A stretch of 64,000 nucleotides of DNA from Planctomycetota bacterium (GCA_038212275.1 JBBQUR010000001.1:64001-128000), one strand, 5' to 3'; shown: positions 18,918-28,666, numbered from the stretch's first letter. Program-made: numbers and translations. Notes: a model not told the origin generated them from the letters alone.

Positions 18918-20666
18918 ATGTTCGCCGTGCTGCCACCGCTCATCGCACTGCAGGATTCGACCTTCGGCAATGCCTCCGGCCTGATCTTCGTCGCGCTGCC
19001 GATCCTCCTCATCTTCGTCTTCTTCAGCGTGCTCATGGTGCGGCAGTACCGGCGCTGCCCGTCCAACCGCATCCTCGTCGTGTACGGCAAGGTGGCGGGA
19101 CAGCGCGCGGCCAAGTGTCTGCACGGCGGCGGCACCTTCGTGATCCCGCTCATCCAGGACTTCGAGTACCTGTCGCTCGAACCGCTGACCATCGACATCG
19201 AGCTCACGGGCGCGCTGTCCAAGAAAAACATCCGCGTGAACGTGCCGAGCACCTTCACGATCGGCATCTCGACCGAGCCGGAGATCATGAACTCCGCCGC
19301 GGAGCGGCTGCTCGGCATGAGCGAGCAGCAGATCTCGGCGCAGGCGCGCGACATCATCCTGGGCCAGATGCGTCTCGTGCTCGCCACGCTTGGCATCGAG
19401 GAGATCAACCAGGACCGCGAGAAGTTCCTCGACCTCGTCAACAAGAACGTGGGCTTCGAGTTGAACAAGATCGGGCTCGACGTCATCAACGTGAACATCC
19501 GCGACATCACGGATGAGAGCGGCTACATCGAGGCCATCGGGCGCAAGGCGGCTTCCGAAGCCATAAACCAGGCCAAGATCGAGGTGGCCGAGCAGGAGAA
19601 GCTGGGCAACGTCGGTCAGGCCGGCGCGGTGCGCGAGATGGACGTGAACGTCGCCACGCAGCGCGCGCAGTCCGCCATGGGACAGAAGCAGGCCGAGCGC
19701 GACCAGCGCGTGGGCGTGGCCAAGTTCGAGGCCGAGGGCATCACGGGCGAGGCCAACGCGAACCGCGAGAAAGAAGTGGCCATCGCCGAGCAGGCCGCCA
19801 AGGCCGTGCAGGGGCAGAAGGCCGCGCAGGCCGAGCAGCGCATTCGCGTGGCGCAGCTCGAGGCCGGCGCCGCGCAGGGCGAGAAGGAGGCGCAGGCCGA
19901 GCAGCGCATCAAGATTGCGTCCTACGAGGCGGCAGCCGTCGAAGGCGAGAACACGGCCAAGGCCACCATCGCGAAGAGCGTGGCGGTGCTCGCCGAGGCG
20001 CAGGCCATCGCCAAGCGCCAGGGCGATGTCGCGCTGGCCAACTCGAGCCGCGACGTGCTGCAGGCGCAGACGCAGGAAGAGCAGGCGCGCCTCGAGAAGA
20101 CCGAGGTCGTCCAGAAAGAGATCGACAAGCGCAAGGTCGAGATCGAGGCCGAGGCGCGCGCCGAGCAGACGCGCCGCATCGGCAAGGGCGAGGCCGACGC
20201 GATCCTCTTCAAGTACACCGCGGAGGCCGAGGGCATCCGGCGCGTGCTCGAGGCCAAGGCAGACGGCTACCGTCGCATGGTCGAGATGAGCGCGCAGCAT
20301 CCCGAGTTGGCGCCCACGCTGCTGCTCATCGAGAAGCTGCCCGAACTCGTCGCCGAGCAGGTCAAGGCCATCCAGAACCTGAAGATCGACAAGATCACGA
20401 TCTGGGATGGCCAGGGCGGCGGCGGCGGCGGCGCCGGTGGCGGACGACACAACAACGCGACGGCCGCGTGGCTGCGCGACCTCATCGGCGCCCTGCCGCC
20501 GATCCACGAGCTGGCGCGCCAGGCCGGCGTGAAGCTGCCAAACATTCTCGGCACGGTCGAGGAACCGGGCACGGCGGCGGCGGGCGGGTCGGGCGAAGGT
20601 GACGGTGGCACGCACGGTGATCGCGGTCGCGATCCCGGTCCGGCGTCACCGGCGCCGAAGCGCTGA
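18918..20666 (+). CDS. Flotillin / SPFH domain protein
   Basis: YRRCPSNRILVVYG, GGGTFVIPLIQD, IEEINQDREKF, INVNIRDITD, Ala/Glu-rich coiled coil and IKIDKITIWD-like C-terminus. Confidence 0.93.
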   Translation: MFAVLPPLIALQDSTFGNASGLIFVALPILLIFVFFSVLMVRQYRRCPSNRILVVYGKVAGQRAAKCLHGGGTFVIPLIQDFEYLSLEPLTIDIELTGALSKKNIRVNVPSTFTIGISTEPEIMNSAAERLLGMSEQQISAQARDIILGQMRLVLATLGIEEINQDREKFLDLVNKNVGFELNKIGLDVINVNIRDITDESGYIEAIGRKAASEAINQAKIEVAEQEKLGNVGQAGAVREMDVNVATQRAQSAMGQKQAERDQRVGVAKFEAEGITGEANANREKEVAIAEQAAKAVQGQKAAQAEQRIRVAQLEAGAAQGEKEAQAEQRIKIASYEAAAVEGENTAKATIAKSVAVLAEAQAIAKRQGDVALANSSRDVLQAQTQEEQARLEKTEVVQKEIDKRKVEIEAEARAEQTRRIGKGEADAILFKYTAEAEGIRRVLEAKADGYRRMVEMSAQHPELAPTLLLIEKLPELVAEQVKAIQNLKIDKITIWDGQGGGGGGAGGGRHNNATAAWLRDLIGALPPIHELARQAGVKLPNILGTVEEPGTAAAGGSGEGDGGTHGDRGRDPGPASPAPKR

Positions 20667-20668
20667 AC

Positions 20669-20699
20669 CAGACGTCTCGAACGCGCCCCGAGGCGTCTG
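20669..20699 (+). terminator. Stem-loop after flotillin (no U-tract)
   Basis: CAGACGTCTCG-N9-CGAGGCGTCTG. Confidence 0.4.
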
Positions 20700-20713
20700 A
20701 ACCGGGGGAGCCG

Positions 20714-21702
20714 ATGGGCAAGGGTTTGCGTGTCGTCGTCGCGTGCTGCCTCGTGTCGGCCGCGCACGCGCAGTCCGCGACGACGGACGAGACGTCGCGT
20801 CCCCAGCCCGTCGTCGGCGCTCGCCCGGCTGGCGATGCTCCGGATGAGCACGACGACGTCGTGGCACTGTGCGGCTTTCAGCCTGGCACGCTCCCACGGC
20901 AGGAGATGGAGGCGAAGTCCGGAAAGCTCGACCACTTCTGGAGCAAGGTGCAGGCCGACCCGGCGGCATTCGGCCCCGCGTTGCGCCGTGAACTCGCGCG
21001 CGACGACGCACCGCTGATCTTCCTCTACGACGGCTCCATCCTTCTGCTGAAATTTCACGAGAAGGAGGCCGGCTTCGACACGGCGCCGGTGGACAAGGAC
21101 GACGCGCGGCTCGTGAACGCCAGCATGGCGCGTTGCACGCTCAAGGGTGTGGACCACGCCGAGTACCTGTTCAAGGTCCGCTGGCTCGCGTCCGAGGGCA
21201 ACGACACGACCGCGGCCGCCTTCCACGTGCTCGCCGAGCCGGACTTCCAGGCCTTCGTCCCACGCACTCGCTGATGCTCGGCCAGGACTTCAGCCTGATC
21301 GGCATGCTCATGCCGACCGACGAGGCCTTCTATCTGACGCCCGCGCTGGAGCGGCTGAAGACGGAGACGGAAGACAAGGCCTGCGCGTCCCTGCTCAAGC
21401 TGCTCTGGTACACCGTGACGGCGGAGAGTGATGGCGCGATCGCGGCGGTTGCGAAGGATGCCACCCGGTCCGCGGCCGTGCGCAAGGCAGCCGGCGACCT
21501 CGTGGCGCAGTCACTTTTACTCTCGACGAAGGTCAAGGGCGACAAGCGCGCGAAGGCCGTAGCCGCCGTCGGCGTGTCCGTCGATGCCACGATCCCGGAG
21601 CTGAAGGCCGCGCGCCGCAAGCGGATGCAGGGCAACATCAGCGACGAATCACTGGGCGACCTCGACCAGTTCACGCTGCTGATCCGGAGTCGTGCGCGCT
21701 GA
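20714..21702 (+). pseudogene. Secreted hypothetical protein split by an apparent 1-bp deletion near 21260-21264 (pseudogene or sequencing error)
   Basis: The first frame has a signal peptide and coding-like codons up to ...DFQAFVP, then stops at 21274. Coding-like sequence continues in another frame as HSLMLGQDFSLIGMLMPT... to 21702. Confidence 0.65.
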
Positions 21703-21771
21703 GCGTCGCGGGTGCTGCTGCGTCGCGAGCCTGCGTCGGCGTTGCGGGAGCGAGCGCCGGGGACGGAGGCG

Positions 21772-21987
21772 TCAGGAGCGCCGCGCGCCGACCCGCAGCT
21801 CGCGCGCCTTGCGGAAGCCTTCCTCGCCGAGCAGCGCGATCGCGAGCGCGTGCGCCTCTTCGAGCCAGCGCAGCTTTTCGGCCATCGACAACTTGCCGAT
21901 GCGCTCGCGCTGCGCGCGGGCATGACCTTCCCAGCCAGCGTCCCAGCCTCCTTCGGCAGGTGGTTCAGCGGGGCGGTCGGCCGTCAT
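21772..21987 (-). CDS. Small helical protein, putative partner of the adjacent nucleotidyltransferase
   Basis: GWEGHARAQ...LSMAEKLRWLEE. Overlaps the 3' end of the NTase gene by 23 bp. Confidence 0.7.
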   Translation of the reverse strand: MTADRPAEPPAEGGWDAGWEGHARAQRERIGKLSMAEKLRWLEEAHALAIALLGEEGFRKARELRVGARRS

Positions 21988-22477
21988 CGGCAAGTCCTTC
22001 CAGGATCGCGATGTCTTCCTTGTCGACAGTTCGCCCGGCCTTCCGCTTGAGGTCCAGCAGGTCGGGCAGACTTACGAACGTGGCGTCGACACCAGGTGCC
22101 AGGGTGCGGTGGGCCGCGGCCGCGTAGGCCCGCTCGAAGTCGAAAGGGCTGGAGAGAAAGAGGTCGACTTCGGTCGCCGCCGACCGGGGGTTCCAGAGCG
22201 AGAACACGAGCATGTGCTTGTCGCGCATCCACGCCTCTCGCGTCGCGCGATCCGCGAACTGCTCGAGCGGCACCGGTGCTCGCGGCCGGTATTCCAGGGC
22301 GCCGAACGCGGCGAGTGCGCGCCGCAGGCTTTCCGGTTCCATGTCGAGGACGAGGTCGACGTCGGACGTGAAGCGCACGTAGCCATGGGCGATGACCGCC
22401 AGGCCGCCCACGATGAGGTAGCGGACGCGCGCTCCGTTCAGCGCCTTGACGATGCCGATGATGCTGTGTTGGTCCAC
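21965..22477 (-). CDS. Nucleotidyltransferase of the AbiEii-like/pol-beta superfamily
   Basis: IVGGLAVIAHGYVRFTSDVD (GG...DxD), EVDLF and C-terminal LLDLKRKAGRTVDKEDI. Confidence 0.82.
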   Translation of the reverse strand: MDQHSIIGIVKALNGARVRYLIVGGLAVIAHGYVRFTSDVDLVLDMEPESLRRALAAFGALEYRPRAPVPLEQFADRATREAWMRDKHMLVFSLWNPRSAATEVDLFLSSPFDFERAYAAAAHRTLAPGVDATFVSLPDLLDLKRKAGRTVDKEDIAILEGLADDGRPPR

Positions 22478-22487
22478 GTCCGAGAGC

Positions 22488-23168
22488 CTACACCCGGAAC
22501 ACCGCGAGATCCGCCTTCGTGACCTTGAGGCCGAGCGCCTCGGCGGCTGCCGCCGCGGTGCGCGCGGCCTCTTCCTCCAGCACCTCGCCGTCCACGCCGA
22601 GGACGTGGAAGGTCTGGCGCCACGTGGCCCAGACGCCGGAGAGCTGGCCGTTGAGGTGGCGCAGCATGCGGCGCAGGTTCTCGCGGTCACGCGGCGACGG
22701 ATCGGTGGCGGCGAAGAGTCGTGCCAGGGGCCGGTGCAGTTCCGCGTCGGCGATCCGCGCGCAGAGCAGTCGCGCGTGCGGGCCCGCCAGATCGACGAGC
22801 AGCCGCGCGGGCAGCACGGCCAGCTCGCCCAGCACGGTGTAGCCGGTCACGATGAGCGACGGCACGTGGCCCGATGCGAGCACCTCGCCGAGCGAGCCGT
22901 CGAGCGCGGAGGCCGCCTCGTCATCCGCCAGGCGCACGGCCGCCGCCGCTCCCGCTTCGTCGGCGAGGGCGTCGCGCAGGGCGCGCGCTCGTCCCGCCTG
23001 CTCGTCGAGCGAGGCGGCCCACGTGGGCTCCGCGGTGCGCAGCGCGAGGTCCGCGAGCGTGTCGCCAAGCTGCCCGGTCAGGCGTGCGGTGAGCGCCCAC
23101 ACGTCGTGCTGGCATTCCGGCGCGTCGGGCGTGAGGTAGCCCAGGTGCTTCCAGTCGAGCGGTGTCAC
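22488..23168 (-). CDS. Hypothetical all-alpha protein (possibly ferritin-like), probably leaderless
   Basis: High-GC3 ORF. TAGAAT lies 7 nt before GTG 23168; alternative ATG at 23177. Confidence 0.65.
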   Translation of the reverse strand: MTPLDWKHLGYLTPDAPECQHDVWALTARLTGQLGDTLADLALRTAEPTWAASLDEQAGRARALRDALADEAGAAAAVRLADDEAASALDGSLGEVLASGHVPSLIVTGYTVLGELAVLPARLLVDLAGPHARLLCARIADAELHRPLARLFAATDPSPRDRENLRRMLRHLNGQLSGVWATWRQTFHVLGVDGEVLEEEAARTAAAAAEALGLKVTKADLAVFRV

Positions 23169-23275
23169 GCGGCGCATTCTAGCCGGCGCATCCCCGTCGG
23201 CGCGTCGTGAACCCGCACTTCGCTTCGCGGCGCCGAGCGCGCCCGGGGCCGCTCGATGGTTAGAATCCCGGCCCC

Positions 23276-24433
23276 ATGTCGCTGCCCATCCTGATCACGA
23301 CCCAGCCCGAGCTCGACGACCTCGTCGATCAGCTCGCCGGGAAGCCGGAGCTGGCGCTCGATTGCGAGATGGACAGCATGTACGCGTACCGCACCAGCCT
23401 GTGCCTGGTGCAGGTGGGCTGGGAGGGCGGCGAGGCTCTCATCGACGCCCTGCGCGACTTCGACCGCAGCGGGCTGGCACGGCTGTGCGACGACCCCGAC
23501 GTGGTCAAGGTCTTCCACGGCGGCGAGAACGACATCGGCCTGCTGTCCGCGCGCTGGGGTTTTTCCTTCCGCAACATCTTCGACACGATGGCCGCGAGCC
23601 AGGTGCTCGGGCACGAAGGCTGCGGCCTGGCGGCGCTGCTCGACCGCAACTTCGGCGTGCACGTCAGCAAGAAGTACCAGAAGGCCGACTGGCGCGTGCG
23701 CCCTCTGCCCGACGCGCAGGCCGAGTACGCCCGCATCGACGTGCGCTACCTCATTTCGCTGCGGCGCCTCCTGCTCGACGAGCTGGAGCGCCTGCAGCGC
23801 GTGGAGGAAGTGCAGAGCGAGTTCCGCCGCATCAGCCGCGTGCGCTCGGAGGAAAAGCCCTTCGACCCGGAGAACTGGGTGCGCATCAAGGGCGCGCGGG
23901 AGCTCCCGCCCTCCGACCGCGCCACGCTGCGCGAGCTGTACCTGGCGCGCGATGCGATCGCCTGCGCCCTGGACCGGGCCCCGTACCGCGTGCTGCACGA
24001 GAGCGCCCTGCTCGACCTCGCCCGTCTCAAGCCTGCCGGCCCCGGCGCGCTGCGGCGCGTGCACGGCATCAATCGCGCTCTGGGCGGCGAGCACGTGGAC
24101 CTGCTCGTGGCCGCCATCGAGCGCGGCCGGCCGATCACGGACCTGATCATTCCGAAGAACCCTCGACTGCACCCCGGTGACCGCTTCGGCGCCGGACCGC
24201 TCACTCCCGATCAGCTCCGGCTCTTCGATGCGCTGCGCGCCTGGCGCAGCCACCGCGCTCACGAGCGCGGCGTGGAGGTCGCGCGCGTCGGCACCAACGT
24301 GCTGCTCACCGCCATCGTGCGTCGCCATCCGCGCACGCTGGAGGAGCTGGCCCTCGTGGAAGGCATGGAGGATTGGCGCATGCGCGAGTACGGCGACTCC
24401 TTGCTGGCCGTGCTGACGGGGGAACCGAAGTGA
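23276..24433 (+). CDS. rnd: Ribonuclease D (DEDDy exonuclease plus two HRDC domains)
   Basis: LALDCE, KVFHG, FDTM, QKADWRVRPL, YARIDV and two HRDC-like segments. Confidence 0.9.
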   Translation: MSLPILITTQPELDDLVDQLAGKPELALDCEMDSMYAYRTSLCLVQVGWEGGEALIDALRDFDRSGLARLCDDPDVVKVFHGGENDIGLLSARWGFSFRNIFDTMAASQVLGHEGCGLAALLDRNFGVHVSKKYQKADWRVRPLPDAQAEYARIDVRYLISLRRLLLDELERLQRVEEVQSEFRRISRVRSEEKPFDPENWVRIKGARELPPSDRATLRELYLARDAIACALDRAPYRVLHESALLDLARLKPAGPGALRRVHGINRALGGEHVDLLVAAIERGRPITDLIIPKNPRLHPGDRFGAGPLTPDQLRLFDALRAWRSHRAHERGVEVARVGTNVLLTAIVRRHPRTLEELALVEGMEDWRMREYGDSLLAVLTGEPK

Positions 24434-27042
24434 CAGGCGCGCGCCGGACCTCTTCTCCGCTGGCGTGCGTCTCCGCCTGCCTGCTCCTCGCGCTGATGGC
24501 CGGATGCGGCGATGAGCCTGCGGGGACGACGGCGACTCCTGCCGCCGGCGGCAGCGCCGACCATGCGCCGGACAGTGCGGCACGGCGCCTCGGCGATGCG
24601 GCTTCGGCGCTCGACAAGCAGGGCCAGCACGCGGTCTCGGCCGTGAAGTTCGCGGAGGCCGCGAAGCTCGCGGACAGCGAGGGCGATGCGCGCCTCGCCA
24701 ACGCCTATCGTGCGCAGTCGGCCGTGTGCCTGAAGATGTCGGATCAGCCGGAGCCGGCGCTTGCATTGCTGCTGCCGGCGCTCGCCACGGCGCGCGAGAA
24801 CGGCGACCGGCACACGGAGGGCCTCGCGCTCGGCAATCTCGTGCGCGTCGAAAGCATGCTCGGCCACGACGAGCAGGCGCTGCGCTACCTGGACGAACTG
24901 GTCGGCTTCGCAGGGGACGAAAAGGACACCCGCCTGCAGGTGCTCACGCTCGAGCAGGCAGCCGCGGCCGCCCTCAGCCTGGGTGAGCCCGCGGCCGCGC
25001 TCGACCGCATCGCACTCGCGCTGCCGCTCGCCGCCGCACTGGAGGCGGACGGCACACTTGCGGGCAACGAGCGTCGCAGCGCAGGGCTGCTCTCGCTGCA
25101 GGCCTCCGCGCGGGTCGCGCTCGGCGACGACGAAGGCGCCTTCGATGCGTGGGCCTCGCTGCCGGAGACCTCGGCCGTGCTCGGAAACCGCGCGCGCCAC
25201 GCCGTCACGCTGGGCAATGCCGCGCAGGCAGCCGAGCTCGCGCTGCGGGCCGCGCAGGGCTTCGATGCCGAGGGCGGAGGTCGGCTCGATGAACGCGATC
25301 GTGCGCTCGCGCTTGCACTCTCGGAACTCCTCGAAGCCGGGGACCTCGACGGCGCCGAAGGCCGGCTCACCAAGCTCCTCGCCGCGCCGCAGGATGAACT
25401 CGCGCTGGCGCCCTTCCTCGTGCTGCGCGGGCAGCTCGCGCTGCTGCGCGGCCATCCCCTCGATGCACCCGCGGATTTCGAGCGCGCGCGCGCTGCGCTG
25501 GTCGGCACGCCGCCTGCCGACGAGGTCGGCCTGCTGCTCGCCTGGACGCAGCTCGTCCTCGAGCGCCGGGTCGAGGCGGCCGCGACCCTGGCCGCGCTGA
25601 AACCTGGACTCGCGCACAGCCTGCTGTCACTGCGCCTGCTGACGGCCGAGCCACCCGGGACGATGCTCATCCGCGAGGCGCTGCCGGACCTGTCGCCGCG
25701 ACGTTTCGACCCGGGCGACGACACGCTCAGGCTGCTCGATGCGCAGACGGGCGGCGCGATGCCGTCGCTGCCCTATGCGCTGCTCGACGCCGGCCTCAAG
25801 GACACCGAGCGCCTGCAGGCGCAGGGTGGCGCGATGGCCGGCGTCGTGCTCGCCAACGCCGCGCGCGATGCCTTGCGCTGGCAGGCTCTGCTCGGCGCCA
25901 CGGCCGTGCCCGGCCTGATGCCCGATGCCTCCGGCATCGCGGAGCTGGATGCCTGGGTCGATCGCTGGGTGGATCGACGACAGCCGGAGGGCCACGCGCT
26001 GCTCGTCGTGCTCCCGGGCGAGACGTCGAGCTACCTGCTGCTCTGCACGCACGCGCTGGGTGCGACGACCTTCGCGCTGCCCAATGCGCGCGCGCTGCAG
26101 GAGAAGGCACAGGCCGTGGTGGACGCCACCCGAGCCTCCGACGTCAGGGCCCTCGCGGTGGCAGCCCACGCTCTGTACACGACGGTGCTGCCACCCCGCG
26201 CACAGCAGGATCTCTCGGACGCGTCGCATTGGACGATCATCCTGCCTCCCGAACTCGCCGCCGTGCCTCCCTCCATGTGGGTGACGGCCCCGCCGTCCGC
26301 GGGGGAGGACGTGGCCTGGCTGGTGAACGATCACGTCGTGACGCTCAGACCGCACGCGCCGGTCGCCGGAGCGGCGCTGCCGGAGGTCACGCCCGAAGGC
26401 GGCACGCCGGGCTGGCTCTCGATGGGCGCGCCCGCCCTGGACCGCACGCAGTTGCCGCTCGTCTCCGAGCAATGGTTTCTGCGCTATGGCGACAGCGCCT
26501 TCAACGCGGCGCCGGTCAAGCCGGTGCAACCGGGCGTGGCGCTTGCAGGGCCGAACGCCACCATTGCAGCCTTGCGCGTCGCGTTGCCGCTGGCCGCCGG
26601 GTTGCAGCTTTCGGTGCCGGGTGCGGGCGGCGGACGACTGGGCGGCCTGCTCTTCGCGCCGGCTCCGGGCAGCCCCTTTCACGATGAGGCCGCAGGCTTC
26701 CTGCCGTGGCACCGATTCACGCAAATGGCCCTGCCTCCGCAGGTGATCCTCGACAGCACGCGCTTCGATCCGGGCGACCAGAAGTTCGGGCCGGGCTACG
26801 CAGCTTCCGCGCTGCTGTCGCACGCGAGCGAGGTGCTGTTCACGCGCTGGCCGATGCCAGGACCGGTGCGCGATGCGATGGTGGCGCACCTGCAGGCCGA
26901 GCGTGAGTCCGGCAAGGGCCTGCCCGAAGCGCTTGCCGCCGTGCAGCGGAGCTGGCTCGCCACCGTTCGTGAGAGCGGCGACCTGGCCGCCAGCCATCCG
27001 CGACTGTGGGCTGCCTGGCTGCCCTACGGCGGGGCCGACTGA
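24430..27042 (+). CDS. Lipoprotein with TPR-like helices and a degenerate C-terminal CHAT-like domain
   Basis: GTGA overlap with rnd, lipobox LMAGC and TPR-like N-terminus. CHAT-like motifs IILPPELAAVP, GPNATIAAL, TRWPM and EALAAVQR...HPRLWAAWLPYG. Confidence 0.72.
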   Translation: MTGARRTSSPLACVSACLLLALMAGCGDEPAGTTATPAAGGSADHAPDSAARRLGDAASALDKQGQHAVSAVKFAEAAKLADSEGDARLANAYRAQSAVCLKMSDQPEPALALLLPALATARENGDRHTEGLALGNLVRVESMLGHDEQALRYLDELVGFAGDEKDTRLQVLTLEQAAAAALSLGEPAAALDRIALALPLAAALEADGTLAGNERRSAGLLSLQASARVALGDDEGAFDAWASLPETSAVLGNRARHAVTLGNAAQAAELALRAAQGFDAEGGGRLDERDRALALALSELLEAGDLDGAEGRLTKLLAAPQDELALAPFLVLRGQLALLRGHPLDAPADFERARAALVGTPPADEVGLLLAWTQLVLERRVEAAATLAALKPGLAHSLLSLRLLTAEPPGTMLIREALPDLSPRRFDPGDDTLRLLDAQTGGAMPSLPYALLDAGLKDTERLQAQGGAMAGVVLANAARDALRWQALLGATAVPGLMPDASGIAELDAWVDRWVDRRQPEGHALLVVLPGETSSYLLLCTHALGATTFALPNARALQEKAQAVVDATRASDVRALAVAAHALYTTVLPPRAQQDLSDASHWTIILPPELAAVPPSMWVTAPPSAGEDVAWLVNDHVVTLRPHAPVAGAALPEVTPEGGTPGWLSMGAPALDRTQLPLVSEQWFLRYGDSAFNAAPVKPVQPGVALAGPNATIAALRVALPLAAGLQLSVPGAGGGRLGGLLFAPAPGSPFHDEAAGFLPWHRFTQMALPPQVILDSTRFDPGDQKFGPGYAASALLSHASEVLFTRWPMPGPVRDAMVAHLQAERESGKGLPEALAAVQRSWLATVRESGDLAASHPRLWAAWLPYGGAD

Positions 27043-27054
27043 GCGGCGTGCGCC

Positions 27055-28662
27055 TCAGCAATGCGCGAGGCGGTCGCTCACGATGCCAAGCAGTTCTTCC
27101 AGGGGACGCGTGCCGTCCAGCACGAGGTGCTCGACGGGCGACAGTTCGGTGATCGGCTCCCAGTTCGCGCGGAAGCTGTCCGCAAGTTCCAGACGTGCAT
27201 CGGAGACGCCGCCCGTGCGGGCAGCGAGCCGTGCGCGCATGACCTCGTCGGGCACGCGGCATTCCAGCAGCAGGAAGGCCGCGCCTCGGCGCGCGGCCTG
27301 CGTGCGCACGCGGGCGCGCAGGGCGCCCGAGGCGAAGCTCGTGTCGAGCAGCACCGGGCGCCCGCTGTCGAGCACGACCTCGGCGCGCGCGAGGATCTCG
27401 TCCTGCACGCGCGTGCCGAAGGCCGGCGTGTACAGCTCCGGACCGCCGCGCTGCTCGTGCCGAAGGCCGGCCAGCCGCTTGCGCACCGCGTCCGCACACA
27501 CGACGGGCAGGCCGAACCGCGCCGTGAGTGCGTCGGCCAGAGTGCTCTTGCCCGACGCGATCATGCCGCCGATGCCGGCCAGCAGCGGGCGGCCGCTGCC
27601 GGTGATCGGTGCGCGCGGCGGCCGGGCGAGCAGGTCATGCGCGAGCCGGAGGAAGCTGCGGGCTTCAGCGGCCTTGCGCGCTGCGGTGGCGGGGGGCGTC
27701 GCGGCGTCCGAGGCGACGAAGCACGCGACCTTGGCCCGCACGAAGGCGCGGTAGCTCATGGCCCCGTCGATCAGCGCATAGGCCTGCTGGTCGTCGCACT
27801 CCCAGCTCCAGCGCGCGAGCAGGAACTCCGCGAGGTCGGGCCGCCCCTCGTGGCGCAGGTCCATCGCCAGGAAGGCGACGTCGAGCGCGGGATCGCCGAT
27901 GCGCAGCCGTTCGGAGAACTCGATGCAGTCGATGAGCGCGGGGCCGTCGGGCAGCAGGTAGACGTGCTCGAGGCGCAGGTCGCCATGGCCGTCGCGCGCG
28001 GGCCGTTGCGTGAACAGCGTCGCCGTGCGCTCCAGCCAGCTCGCGTGCAGCGGGCGCAGCGCGTCGAGCAGCGCGGCGTCAAGGAATCGCCCGGCGAAGG
28101 GCGCGGCCTGACGGAAGTTTTCCTCGACGCTCTGCCGCAGTGCGTCCGGCGCCGGCGGCGCGCGCTGCGCGTCGCGGTGGAAGCGTGCGATGAGCGCCGC
28201 CACGACGCGGAGTCGTGCGGTGTCCAGCGTGCCGGCGCGCACGTGGGCAAGCGCGCTGGCTGCGTCGGGCAGCGTCCGCATGCAGACGACCCAGTCGGCC
28301 TCGCGCCCTGGTTCCAGCGCGCGCGTGAGCGAGAAGCCCCGGGCATCGCGCCAGACGGGCAGCACGTCGAGGTAGACGTCTGGCGCAGAGCGCCGGTTGA
28401 GGCGCAGCTCTTCGGCGCAGAAGTGCGCGCGCCGCTCGAGCGTCGTGTAGTCGAAGACACCGTAGTCCTTCGCGCGCTTCAGCTTGTACACGCGCTGCGC
28501 CGTGCGGAAGACGATGCTGCCGTGCGTGGTGAGCACCTCCACCTCGTCGGACACGCCCGGCGGCGGCGCCGGCAGGTTCTCTGGCCGGGACAGGTCGCGG
28601 ACGAGCGCCGCCTCGCGGGCGTCGTCGCTGCCCCGGCTGTCGTTGCGGCCGGGGGCGCTCAC
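27055..28662 (-). CDS. Bifunctional aminoglycoside-phosphotransferase-like kinase / AAA_33 P-loop protein (Rv2004c-like)
   Basis: THGS...VYKLK, EELRLNRR, GHGDLRLEHV, IDCIEF and P-loop GMIASGKST. Confidence 0.88.
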   Translation of the reverse strand: MSAPGRNDSRGSDDAREAALVRDLSRPENLPAPPPGVSDEVEVLTTHGSIVFRTAQRVYKLKRAKDYGVFDYTTLERRAHFCAEELRLNRRSAPDVYLDVLPVWRDARGFSLTRALEPGREADWVVCMRTLPDAASALAHVRAGTLDTARLRVVAALIARFHRDAQRAPPAPDALRQSVEENFRQAAPFAGRFLDAALLDALRPLHASWLERTATLFTQRPARDGHGDLRLEHVYLLPDGPALIDCIEFSERLRIGDPALDVAFLAMDLRHEGRPDLAEFLLARWSWECDDQQAYALIDGAMSYRAFVRAKVACFVASDAATPPATAARKAAEARSFLRLAHDLLARPPRAPITGSGRPLLAGIGGMIASGKSTLADALTARFGLPVVCADAVRKRLAGLRHEQRGGPELYTPAFGTRVQDEILARAEVVLDSGRPVLLDTSFASGALRARVRTQAARRGAAFLLLECRVPDEVMRARLAARTGGVSDARLELADSFRANWEPITELSPVEHLVLDGTRPLEELLGIVSDRLAHC

Positions 28663-28666
28663 GGCG

